From Octopus sinensis (Eukaryota), in NCBI RefSeq assembly GCF_006345805.1, contig NC_043009.1, positions 38,564,001 to 38,628,000 on the forward strand: a stretch of DNA of 64,000 nt, given 5' to 3'. Shown here piece after piece: positions 22,829 through 34,668 of the stretch. The notes beneath the pieces are model-generated. The model worked only from the letters and a program-made list of their open reading frames with translations. It made no database searches and had not been told where the DNA came from. Position 1 is the first letter of the stretch, and each line of letters starts with the position of its first letter. A program made the position numbers and the translations under genes.

Positions 22829-24660
22829 CATACACATATATATATGTGTATAAGTATATATATATGTATATATGTATATGCACATGTATATGTATGTGTG
22901 TATATATATATATATGGGGGTGCGCGTGTGTGTAGAGTATTTGAAGTCATGTACAGCTATGTATATATATATATACATACACATATATATGTGTGTATAA
23001 GTATATATATATGTATATATGTATATGCACATGTATATGTATGTGTGTATATATATATATGGGGGGTGCGCGTGTGTGTAGAGTATTTGAAGTCATGTAC
23101 AGCTATGTATATATAAATATATATATATATATATCCACATAGTTGTTAGACACACACAGAGACGCACTAACTAATGCTCGTGTATTCGACACAAAGCAAC
23201 ATACACACGCGCACTTATGAAGGCGTAATCTTTGGGAGTACAGTAAATTTTTCATTAACAAGGAGGGGCACGTACAGCTGGATTTTTCTTTTTTTATGAC
23301 CGACCAGGAGGTAGTGGTGGGAGTAAAGTTGATTTTACTTTATCAAGGAGTAAAGCAGGGGGCGTCTAGGTGTATGATCGATTTCTGTTAATGCGTAGGG
23401 AGGTGGGTGATAATCGATATTCTTTATTTACGAGGGGCGTGGAAGTATATTCGAGTTTTAAAATCAAATTAATTGAAGGGGAGTATAGATCGATTGTTTA
23501 TCGAGGAGGAGAGAATATCTTTGGTGCTGTTTTCTTTTATCAAGGAAAAGGTGGCGGTATTAGAGTCGGAGTACGCGAAAGAAGACATGGGGAGTATCGT
23601 CGATTCTGTTTTTATCAAGATCAAGAGAGTATGACTGATTTTGCTGATAACATTTTTTTTTATTTAAGAAGATGAGGCAAAAGTATCATAGATTTTTCTT
23701 TTTATCGAGACAAGATCTATAGAGTTGCCACCTTTTACTAAAATGGTAGAATGAGTGAAAGAGTAATTTATTTCTAGGGTGCATAAAGGCGCTCACCCGG
23801 TTCCCATAGCGTATATGTCAACGAGATCATAACGGCCTTCTCCGAACGGGACGTCGATCCATAACAGGGGTCAAGGGCAGTGATTTTGAGGGGAGGGGAT
23901 AAGTCAATTACATCAGCTCCATAATCTGATTGATACTCACTTTTGTCGTCTTCGAAAACATGAAAAGCAAAGTTGATCTCAACGGGATTTGAACTCAGAG
24001 CGTAAAAGTAGGGAAAGATGTCGCTGAGTACGTTTTCCGAAGCGCTAACGAATCTGCCTGCTCACCGCTTTATGTGAGAGTATATAATCGATGACTATTT
24101 TCATTTAGATGTAGAAAAGAAGGGGAAGGTAGTTGATTTACATTTGTTCATTAACGAAGAAGGGTTTCGGTGAGTATATTTGATTTGTTTTAACCCGAGA
24201 AGGATGGTGAAAAAGGGACCATTAATTTCTCATTTTTTTTTTAACGAGGATTGGAATGGGTGTAGTAAAATTTTATTATTCGGAGGGCAGAGTCTACAGT
24301 TGTATTTTTATTAAGGAGGAGCGATAAGGGATTGATTCTTTTTTTTAAATGAAAGAGTGGGACTATTAGAATTATATTTTTTTATATAGAAAAGTGAGAG
24401 TATAAACAATGTTTTTTTTTTATGAAGGCGTTAGTTCGAGTACAGATTTTTTTTTCATTTACCGGAAGTGGGTGTGTTGTCGATGTTTTATCAGAGGAAG
24501 GAATGAATCGATTTTTAAAAATCAAAACTTGTGTGGGGTTAGTATATGATTTATTTTCATCGAGGTGTAGTGTGAGTATATCGATTTTTTAAAAATCGAT
24601 TTTGTTTTGACGTAGGAGGGAGAATACAGATGATTTCATTTTATGGAGGAGTAAATCTGA
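22620..24660. repeat. Highly degenerate ~30-40-bp tandem array, G/T-rich and C-poor on +
   Basis: Recurring GGGAGTA(T/A)AGTCGATTT(T)nTTATCAAGGAG-like units (e.g. 22697-22730, 23319-23350, 23478-23508, 23589-23620), interrupted by microsatellite DNA (~22770-23150) and a SINE2b. Confidence 0.65.
23880..24072 (-). mobile_element. SINE2b, degenerate
   Basis: Reverse complement of the head (…CTGCCTGCTCACCGC) and body (GATTTGAACTCAG; GAAAAGCAAAGTTGA). Confidence 0.7.
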
Positions 24661-25772
24661 GATAAGGCGAGTATGGCCGATCGCTATGAATATGGGATGA
24701 GTCAGTTAAGAGTGTTATCGGGGTTGGTTCTATGGTTGCTGGTACACCAGGAAAATAAATTTCGGCACCTTGACAACTATGAATTTTCAGAATTTTCTCA
24801 AAGAATAAAACTGTAAATATAGTAATAAATTGTTTAGTAGAATTTATTAAATATAGGAATAAATGTATCTTATTTAAAAAAAATTCAAACACATGGTCTG
24901 GTATTTGTCCGAAGCTGTAAAGATTATGTCCAGTCTACCACTCACTCTTATGAAATAATAGTTGTCATAGTACACTAAAAAAAAAAAAAATTACTGATAA
25001 TGGGTTAACTGAAACGGCGAAAACAAGACATTTGTTGACCAGGTGTCGTAGTAAGCATGTAAGATTATTGTCGACTATAAGTGGAGATTCCTATATTTTC
25101 TGAAAAAAAAAGTAAAAGAAAAAGAGAAAAAAAACTAATGTTGCTTTTAACAGCTCTCTAAAAATGGCTAACAATTACTTTATTGTAATTATTTAATATA
25201 TTCTGATATCTAAATATATATATCTAAGGAACGAATTCTTAATTATCATAAATTTGAATTCTTTTAAATTGCAATCAATATTTAGAATTAATCCGAATTA
25301 TACTTTTAACTAAAGTTAAATGATTTTAGGTGGATTGAATAAACTAATTTTATCTTAGACATTGTTTTAGCATACATTTCCATATATCTATATTTTAACA
25401 CAACAAAAATCCATTATATTCGTATTAAGGCTATTATCATATGTCTACAAGCAGCATGAATATTTATGATTGAAATAGGAAGGAAATATTATAGAATTGA
25501 TTTCATTTAGTTGTTATTTTTGATCGAACAGATGAAAAACGCTCCAATCCAGACCATTCCATCGTATACTTTTAGTTACGGCTATTCTGGGACAACATTA
25601 GTTAATCTATCCTTTTTTTAAAAGAGTACGATAATAAATGAGTGCAAAATTTTCTGCTATTCTAGCAAGTTGATCAATACATGGTTTTATTTTAAGAGTT
25701 TTATGATGATGTTATAATGGTGTTTTCTCTCCAACGTTGTCATGAGCGAAACAGTATATATAAGATATGTAT

Positions 25773-25931
25773 GCAGGAGTGGCTGTGTGGTAAGTAGCTT
25801 GCTTACCAACCACATGATTCCGGGTTCAATCCCACTGGGTGACACATTGGGCAAGTATCTTCTACTATAGCCTCGGGTCGACCAAAGCCTTGTGATTGGA
25901 TTTGGTAGACAGAAACTGAAAGAAGCCTGTC

Positions 25932-25966
<35 letters not shown>

Positions 25967-26184
25967 TATACACACATGCGTACGTACGTACGTACATACA
26001 TGCCTGCATACATGCATACATGCGTGCATACATACACACATACATACGTACATATATATAACGAACTAGCTGTTACTTTCTCAGATGCACGGATTTTTGT
26101 CAGTGAACAGGTCGCGGCCTCAAAGCGACGAAAATATTTTGACAATTTAAACTTAAATGTTGAAGTGAATCGAACACTGCAATT

Positions 26185-26269
<85 letters not shown>

Positions 26270-26485
26270 CATGTATGTATGTATGTATATGTTTGTGTGT
26301 TTGTGTCTGTCCCCCCAACATCGCTTGACAACCGATGCTGGTGTGTTTACGTCCCCCATCACAAGAGATAGCGATAGAATAAGTACTAGACTTACAAAGA
26401 ATAAGTCCTGGGGTCGATTTACTTGACTAAAGTCGGTGCTCCAGCATGGCCGCAGTCAAATGACTGAAACAAATAAAAGAAAAAA
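25773..26485 (+). mobile_element. SINE1 whose internal microsatellite hosts a PLE-like fragment (~26080-26190)
   Basis: Head and tail are intact. The insert matches 33455-33545. Confidence 0.85.
26097..26145 (+). ncRNA. Minimal type-I hammerhead fold with G3:C8 core (copy 2)
   Basis: TTGTCA GTGAACA G GTCGC ggcctcaaa GCGAC GAAA ATAT T T TGACAA: stem I 6 bp, stem II 5 bp, palindromic stem III AAUAUU. Confidence 0.6.
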
Positions 26486-26649
26486 GAAAAATATTCCATT
26501 AGTAATGTCCAAACAATGCCGGTATCAAGTTCCCAGTCACTCGGGCAAGGCCACCGTGTCACACACTCTGTACAAAGTCGAGCCCATAACACAACAAAAT
26601 TGCAACACAACTTCTCCATTGATTCTACTATATTCAATAATTTATCAAA

Positions 26650-26885
26650 TAGATAAATAAAATTAAAGAAGATAGTCAGATTACATAACCTTCAAACTGT
26701 GCCTGGAAAAATTCCTCCAAGAAATACCAGAGAAACCACCACCAACACCTCAATAAATAACAATTCCATATACGATTGGATTATGATGTCCTAAGACATG
26801 ACTTAGGAAAATACCCTACGTAGCGCTATTGAGTTAAGACATGATCTCTGCCAACAATGGTCAAAAACTATCAAACTTAAATTAT
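26650..26885 (+). mobile_element. 3'-terminal fragment of the same LINE clade as 50.1-53.1 kb
   Basis: FKLCLEKFLQEIPEKPP resembles FKKSLDRFLQEIPDKPP. The 3' UTR GCTATTGAGTTAAGACATG…AACTATCAAA resembles GCTATTAAGTTAGACATG…CCTATCAAAAG. Confidence 0.7.
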
Positions 26886-28575
26886 AAATTGGTTCAATTA
26901 CTCGAGCTGTTCTGATCACAGATATACACTGACAGTTGATCTGCTTCTCTGCTTCTCTGTGCGAACAAATTTTGAGACGATCCTTTAGATTCCAAGAGCA
27001 TTTATAGAGTAAGCGTTGTTACTTCAAAAACAAAAGAGAATTAACGTTGCATATTCGACTTTCTTTTAATCTGTTACTGTTTAACTATAAAACATGAAAT
27101 GTGTTTGATTGTTCAATTGGACAAACATTTAAGAAGTAAATTGGATAACATCAACGTGTCTACCTAATTGCTTCGTTGCCATATTTGTATACTGGAAATG
27201 TTTTGAATATGACTAAGGAGCATAGTATAGAAAATAATACAAAAGTTAAGCAGCTACGAAAGCTGTTGTACATCATGCTGATATACAAAGAAATAAGTAA
27301 AAAGAAGTATGAATTACCAAGAAACGTAGGAGAGGAAGCATGTGGTGAAGACGAGAATATGCTAAGGTATTCTAGGTATGTGTTTTTTTTTTTCTATGAG
27401 ATCTACAATAGCAATGCGTAATTTCCATTCGTTGCGAAATTCGTTTTCATTCTTTATTGATATAATAGAACGTTCCTATGATTATAATCATTAGTTGCAA
27501 GTTTTTGTTTGCATACTGTTTCGGAGGAACACTTAGCGACTGAATGTTGCCAAATAATAAGAATTTGTGACAGACTTATGACAGACATCCTACGTGACTG
27601 CCTTATCAAAATCACGTTGGGAAAAAAATCAGAAAACTTGTCACGCCACAGCTCATTTGAAACATTTATATGCAGCTTACTGTTCTATTACAATGTCATT
27701 ATCTAGTATTTTCTATGAGAATAATATTGCCGTATCATTTATCAAGTTGAGCTTCGCATTATTTATTTATTATTTTTTTTATTTATCTTATATTACCATT
27801 AACGAAGTTTTCGAAGCATTTGCAGCATTCCACCCATAACTTCGTTTTTTTTCCTCTTCTATCTGTATAACGTATTTCTCAGCCAGTTTTCGATGTCACT
27901 CCCCACTCCATTTCCCTCGCAGTTTAATGTTACATTTAATGTTGCATTAAAAACGACTAGCATTCGATTTCTGTCTTTAAACAAATCGATTTGTGCTTCT
28001 TAGCTATATAGTTATGATTGTAAAGATGTCTAAGCGCTATAGTTATGGTTATAAAGATGTTATTACATACCTAAGATGTAGGGTTTATAGCTGCCTCGAT
28101 GAATTCACCGATAAAATATATCCTATATAATTCTATAATTATTCTCAGATATTTACTTACTAATCCATAACTCTTTCTCTAATTTTTGTTTCTTTTTGGG
28201 TCTTTTCAGGCAATATTTTTTCATTCTATTTTCCAGAATACACCTTGCTGATTGAAATAGGTTCTTCTTCAAAAATTTTTACAAACGAGTCAAGCTATTA
28301 TCGATTGTTGACAAAATATTTACATCAACACAAAACGAAAATAGATTTTTTAAAACACATCCAAGTAGCAGTAGCGACACTTGTTTCTGTCTGCAGATGA
28401 TTTTATTAAAGCGATTATTGAATAATGGCTACGGTTATCACAGAAGTATAATGCATTCACACGTAAATAGACAAACGCATACACAAACACACATAAACAC
28501 ATAACTACAGACCCCCCCTATAATACAAATATAAAGGAGTTAAAATATGTATGTACGTACACACACACACACCAC

Positions 28576-28613
<38 letters not shown>

Positions 28614-28747
28614 TATATGTATGTAAGTATGCATACAAATATATATGTATATGTGTGTATAGAATATATTTATACATGTATGTGTTTATGAGCGTGTTAT
28701 ACATATATATATATAAATATTAAATATATATACACGATGTATATATA

Positions 28748-28798
<51 letters not shown>

Positions 28799-29422
28799 GC
28801 AAATATATAAAAATATGAATGCATATATGTACAGATGTAAATATGAATATGTATATATATATAAATATATATATACAAACATATATATATACACACATAT
28901 ATATATATATACATACATATATAAAAAAAAAATATATATTATAGAGAGAGAGAGAGAAAGAGAGAGAGAGAGGGAAGGGGGAGATGTATGTATGCATATG
29001 TATATATGTACATGTATAAGTAAATGTAACATTGGATACATCGTATTTTTAATCTTAGAAGTTGCAAGACTGAGCTGTATTTTGAGGTCGATCATAAGGT
29101 TTTTTTCAGATCTTTTTTCTTTCTATTTTCCTCTCCTGATGCTTTTACTTCTCCTACACTGTATGCTCCATCCGATAGAATTTCCAACAACAATCCTTCC
29201 AGCAATACTGAAGCATTACAAATATAAATGTGGGACGTTTCTATTGCAACCGAACTCAGCATTGAGTGATCACATGAGTGGAATCGCCATCAACATAGCA
29301 GACCGGTTTCTGCCATTCCCTGGCTTCTTATATTTATATTCCTACACATACACACATGTGTATACCTAAGTACACATAATACGCAAACATTTATGCTTAG
29401 ATACAGGAACCAGGATATATAC

Positions 29423-29519
<97 letters not shown>

Positions 29520-29802
29520 CTAGTTTATCCTTATAGTTCTTATAGTTCTGTCCTTCCGGAAATGCACACACACTACACACATAACCTCTCCCTCACACAC
29601 ACACACCAATGTTTGTTTGTGTGTGTGTCCGTGTATATGCATATATACATATATGCGCATAGCAGTATGTGACATAAGAAGACGAAGAAGAAACATGAAA
29701 AACACGCAAAATGCATGATAAACGTGGATACATTACCCGTCATCAATTACAGACCCAAGAACATCACAATTTCGACGCCGCATTGATAATATCGTACAGT
29801 TT

Positions 29803-29963
29803 CCCGAGTTCAAATCCCGCCGAGGTCGACTTTGCCTTTCATCCTTTCGGGGTCGATTAAATAAGTACCAGTTACGCACTGGGGTCGATATAATCGACTT
29901 AATCCGTTTGTCTGTCCTTGTTTGTCCCTCTGTGTTTAGCCCCTTGTGGGTAGTAAATAAATA
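29803..29963 (+). mobile_element. SINE2a, 5'-truncated
   Basis: 15-bp TSD AATATCGTACAGTTT at 29788-29802 and 29964-29978. Confidence 0.9.
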
Positions 29964-31595
29964 AATATCGTACAGTTTTCTGGCGTCATTAGCTAAACGC
30001 TGCCAGAATATATATGATAATATATAGATATATTATATATATTATATATATATATATTATATAGACATGCATACATATATTATTATATAACATGAATATA
30101 TATGCATGTATATATACATACATATATATATATATGAGCTCATGCACACACACACACTCGCACACACTCACACAACACACACGCTCACACTCACACACAC
30201 ACACCTATATATATATGTATAAATATAAGACTATTTATTTGTATGCATCTATATATAATTTAAGTCTCTGTGCTGCAGTATATGTGTGTGTGCATGTGTG
30301 TGAGTTTGTGATTGTGAGTGTATGTGCATTGTGTGTGTGTGGTGTTGTACGCATATGCCACTACATGACATCAACGTTGTATTGTCTACGTCTCAATAAC
30401 TTAGGAGTTTTAAGTACGAAGCTTAAAATAAATAAGTATTGAGGACGATTCGTTCTACTGAAATCTTCCAAGCTGGTATCCCAGCATGCCTCAAGTCCAT
30501 TGTGTAAAACAGGTAAAAAACAAATCATAAAAGATGCACACACACACACACACACAGTGATACACATCTATAGTCTAACCATAAGTAAGCATTATTTCAA
30601 CGTTAACAATAGCAGCCAGTTGGGAACATATGAAGAAAGAATGTACCTGTCGTATTCCACCAGAACATTACGATAATACAGCAATATGGCGATTGTAAAG
30701 AGGTGAATGCAGGACAATTATCGTGCTGTAATATGCCATATGCGTCTGATTATACTTACATAAATACATACATACATAGATACATAGATACATACATACG
30801 TACCTACATACATACATGTGAGGAAGGTGTCTTCTTTCATTTTCTTATGAAAACTGCCAGAATGTAGCAGACTTCCTAAATATAAACCATAATAGAGGTG
30901 GGTGAAATGGAAGGAAGATAAGTATCTTGAGGGGACGCAATCTGTACGTGTGCTGAAAGATAATTGATCGTACAACATCTCACAGGTAGAGATGAAGGAT
31001 TAACAAAACCATTGTAGTGAGTTTGAATGAAGAATCTTGTGAATTCCGTTATCTGTCTCTCATCTAATTCTGTATATATATATATATATATGAGATGAGC
31101 AAAGGTGTACGTACGTCGCTATATGTATATATGAATATTAAAAAAATGGAACAAAATCGCAACATCGGTTGTCAAGTGATGGTGGGGGGACAAACACAGA
31201 TACACACATAAATAAATTGATAGGTACATTGATGGATAGATAGATATTGATATACATACATACATGCACAATGGATGAGAAGAGGCTAGTATGAAAATCG
31301 GTTTGGTGGTTAGATTAATCCAGGATCTAAAAATCAAGCATGTTAATCAGAATAGAAATGATCAAGTGGAAGTTTGTTATAAGAAATGTAAAGCTGAAGC
31401 AGATCACTTGCCTGGGTACCCTGGGCACCCTGGGCAAATGATCTTATAACATAGCCCTGGGCCTACCAAAGTCTAGTGAGTGGATTTGGCAGACGGAAAC
31501 TGAAGGAAGCCAGTTGTACTTGCATGTGTGTTTAGGTGTGTGTGTATGTGTGTGTCTGTGTGTGTGCGTGCACGAGTGTGTGTATGCGTGCGCGA

Positions 31596-31641
<46 letters not shown>

Positions 31642-32067
31642 TATATATGTATATATATTTTTCATTATATGTCTATATTTTTTCATTATATGTCTATATT
31701 TATTGATAGAGTAAATTTTAGATTTTAATTACTATATTTGTTGATAATAATTTAAATATTATTTAAAAATTTTTTTATAATTATTAGATGTGAACTTAAA
31801 TCTAAAAATATGAATAGTGATTATTTTGTTAAATAATTTGGTAATTAAATATTGGACTAGAACTGAGTTAAGGATATTCGTGAGTTTATTATGTTTTTTA
31901 AAGCCATATTATGTCTTCATAGATAAATACATATTTCTATCTATTTTTTTTTACCTTAAAAATACATATTTATCATAATAAATGGGTTGTATGACATAAT
32001 CCTAATATTTTAAGTTTCTAATTTAGATAATGGAGTTTTTTATAAGAAAAATTATTTTTTTACTTAT

Positions 32068-32732
32068 TTATTTTTATTTTATCTAGTTTCAGCTCTCGAG
32101 CCGTGGCCATGCTGGGGCTCCGCCATTTGGTGTTGCTACATGATTTTACTTCACGAATGCTTTTTAGCAATTGCCATTTGGTGCACGAGAGAGTTCGATG
32201 CAACTACCCTCATCTGCACCTCCTGCCGTGAAGTTGGTTCATCTGGGACACCTGGCAGGAAGAGAGCCAGTTTTATTTTAAATACATCTGTATCCACCCC
32301 ATGCAAGTCTCTCAGGTCCTTCGGGAGGATATTGAAGAGCTGTGAGCCTCTGAAGCCCAGGCTATCACAGTATTTTGTCCTACATCTTGATGGCAAATTT
32401 GGAGTCCTTGGCACTATGCAGTGGCGCCCAGTTCTAGTATTTGTGTAACTCTCGATGCCAAAGTTTGGGACAAGTCCTTCTAGGATCTTCCAGATGTATA
32501 TTATGGCATATCTTTCTCGCCTACGCTCTAAGGAATAGAGTCTTAATCTCTTGAGTCTTTCCCAGTATCTTATATGCTGCACGGAGGCTATCTTCTTCGT
32601 GTAGCTTCGTTGGATCGCCTCAAGTTCTGTGATTAACTTGACACTGGATGGTGACCATAGCTGAGAGCAATAGTCAAAGTGGCTTAGGGTAAGTGTTCTC
32701 CAGAGGAGCATTATGGTTTCCTGGTCTCTTGT
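32068..32732 (-). mobile_element. 5'-truncated CR1/L2/Jockey-like LINE (RT C-terminus plus 3' UTR)
   Basis: The ORF 32151-32711 contains DYCSQLWSP…LEAIQRSYTKKI…YWERLKRLRLYSLERRRER…PDEP, followed by a 3' stem-loop and a (TAAAA)n tail. Confidence 0.9.
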
Positions 32733-32970
32733 ATTATTTTATTTATTTCTTAAAAATATGGTTTAACTCTATTTGCTTATTTATTTAACTATTATCATTC
32801 ACCTGAAGATTGACTACAATTTTAGTTCGAATTTATTTCAATTGAATTTAAACTTAATTGTAATTCGAATTTAATTATAGTCATGAACGTTCGTAGTGTT
32901 TTTACTTATTATATTATATTTATCATTCTTTTTATACTTTTAGGTTAAACAAAATTTTTAATTTAATTTA

Positions 32971-33009
<39 letters not shown>

Positions 33010-33173
33010 TATATATATATATATTATATATTTATTAATTATATTTCTATCATTTGTTATTTATGTATTGGTTTATGTCTATCACTGTTTGAGTTGCCTA
33101 ATAGTGGTTTTATCTCTAATTCATATTTTATGTGTGTATATATATATACATATATATATTTATACATATATTA

Positions 33174-33211
<38 letters not shown>

Positions 33212-33225
33212 CATTATATACATAC

Positions 33226-33281
<56 letters not shown>

Positions 33282-33318
33282 AATATATATATATATATTA
33301 TATATATATATAGATATA

Positions 33319-33578
33319 TTAAGGAGGTGTACCTGCATAGCAAGTGATTTGATCTGAGATCGTGTGCTGAAACGAAAACAATTGCAGCGTGGAAGGTATC
33401 TGTAAGCCATTTAAGAAACACACAAAAGCCGTTCGATTCACTTTAACATTTGAAATGCAGCACGGATTTTTGTCAGTGAACAGGTCGCGGTCTTAAAGCG
33501 ACGAAAATATTTTGACAAATTAAACTTAAATGCTGGAGTGAATCGAACGGCTTTTGTGTGTTTCTTAAATGGCTTACA
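33319..33578. mobile_element. PLE-like tail with an internal inversion (arms 33401-33442 / 33537-33578)
   Basis: A 42-bp perfect inverted repeat, extendable imperfectly to ~52 bp, encloses the hammerhead motif. The left end abuts (TA)n. Confidence 0.6.
33469..33519 (+). ncRNA. Minimal type-I hammerhead fold with G3:C8 core (copy 1)
   Basis: TTTGTCA GTGAACA G GTCGC ggtcttaaa GCGAC GAAA ATAT T T TGACAAA: stem I 7 bp, stem II 5 bp, stem III palindrome AAUAUU, predicted cut after 33512. Confidence 0.65.
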
Positions 33579-33730
33579 AACACACACACACATATATATA
33601 TATACACATATATACACATACAAACACAAACACACACACACACACACACATATTCAAAATGTGACCGCGTGTGTACCGTTGGCGATTGTTTCCCTCCGTC
33701 TTCCCTTCTCTGGATCCTTCCTTTTCCTAT

Positions 33731-33765
33731 GTTTCTGACGAAGAGCTCCGCTCGAAACGTACAAC
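33731..33765 (+). ncRNA. Minimal type-I hammerhead with canonical core in a PLE-like tail (~33655-33866)
   Basis: gttt CTGACGA A GAGC tcc GCTC GAAA CGT A caac: ACGU palindromic stem III, GUA site after 33761, one stem-I mismatch. Confidence 0.7.
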
Positions 33766-34668
33766 CCTCCTTCTTCCCTTCCTTCCTGAGCGTCAAATAA
33801 TACTATATTTGTTCCACGTCCTCGCGTTGTTGTGTTTTCTCTTTGTGTTTTCATGTTTGGATTAACTTTATTTATATATATATATAATATATATATATAT
33901 ATATACTTATTTTGGTGGATAAGTACTGTGTATTAACGATACCATTGTTTTCAACAGTTATCAAGCCTGTCACATAGTTTTTTTTTATCTCTTCATTCTG
34001 TCCATTTATATATATATATATAATATATATATATATACATATGTGCGTGTGTGTGTGTGTGTGTATGTGTATTTAACTATCTATTTAACTATCTATCTAA
34101 TTATATATATATGTGTGTATACAGACGTATGTATAAACACACACACACACACACACATGCATACACAACCGTGCAATGGAATCACTTGATTACTTTTTTG
34201 AACATGAGCAATATAGATGTGTCCCCTCCTGTCAGGTATCTACACCCTTTAGCGCAGATGTGGCAACGATAGCTGCCTTTTGCAGTTTACCACCCACATT
34301 GATACATGCCTTCATTCCATCATAGAATACTTTCTTGAATGCATTGCTGTTTTTGGTAACCGCCAGCCATAATATGCAACACATAATAAAGATATTCAAA
34401 TTCAAGCGATGCCTGAAACTTATTCAACTGTGGAATGGCATTGCACTGGTCCAATCTAGCTCTCTAAACATATTTTGCATTTACCCATAAAAAAACCTAC
34501 TGTGCATCATAGGATGCAGATGAGGTGTCAGGTGAAACATCAGAGTTCTCTTTCTCGTAGAGAAAACTTTAAAATATGACTTTAGATCCTTCACTCCCAA
34601 ATATAGGATGTCCATTGATTCTAATGAATTCGTCCGACGTTTGACAAGTTTTGTTTTTTGCTCTGCAG

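Noticed and set aside
22620-24660. CRISPR-like repeat-spacer array
   Set aside because: The units are highly divergent with no constant repeat or unique spacers, the context is eukaryotic, and there are no cas genes.
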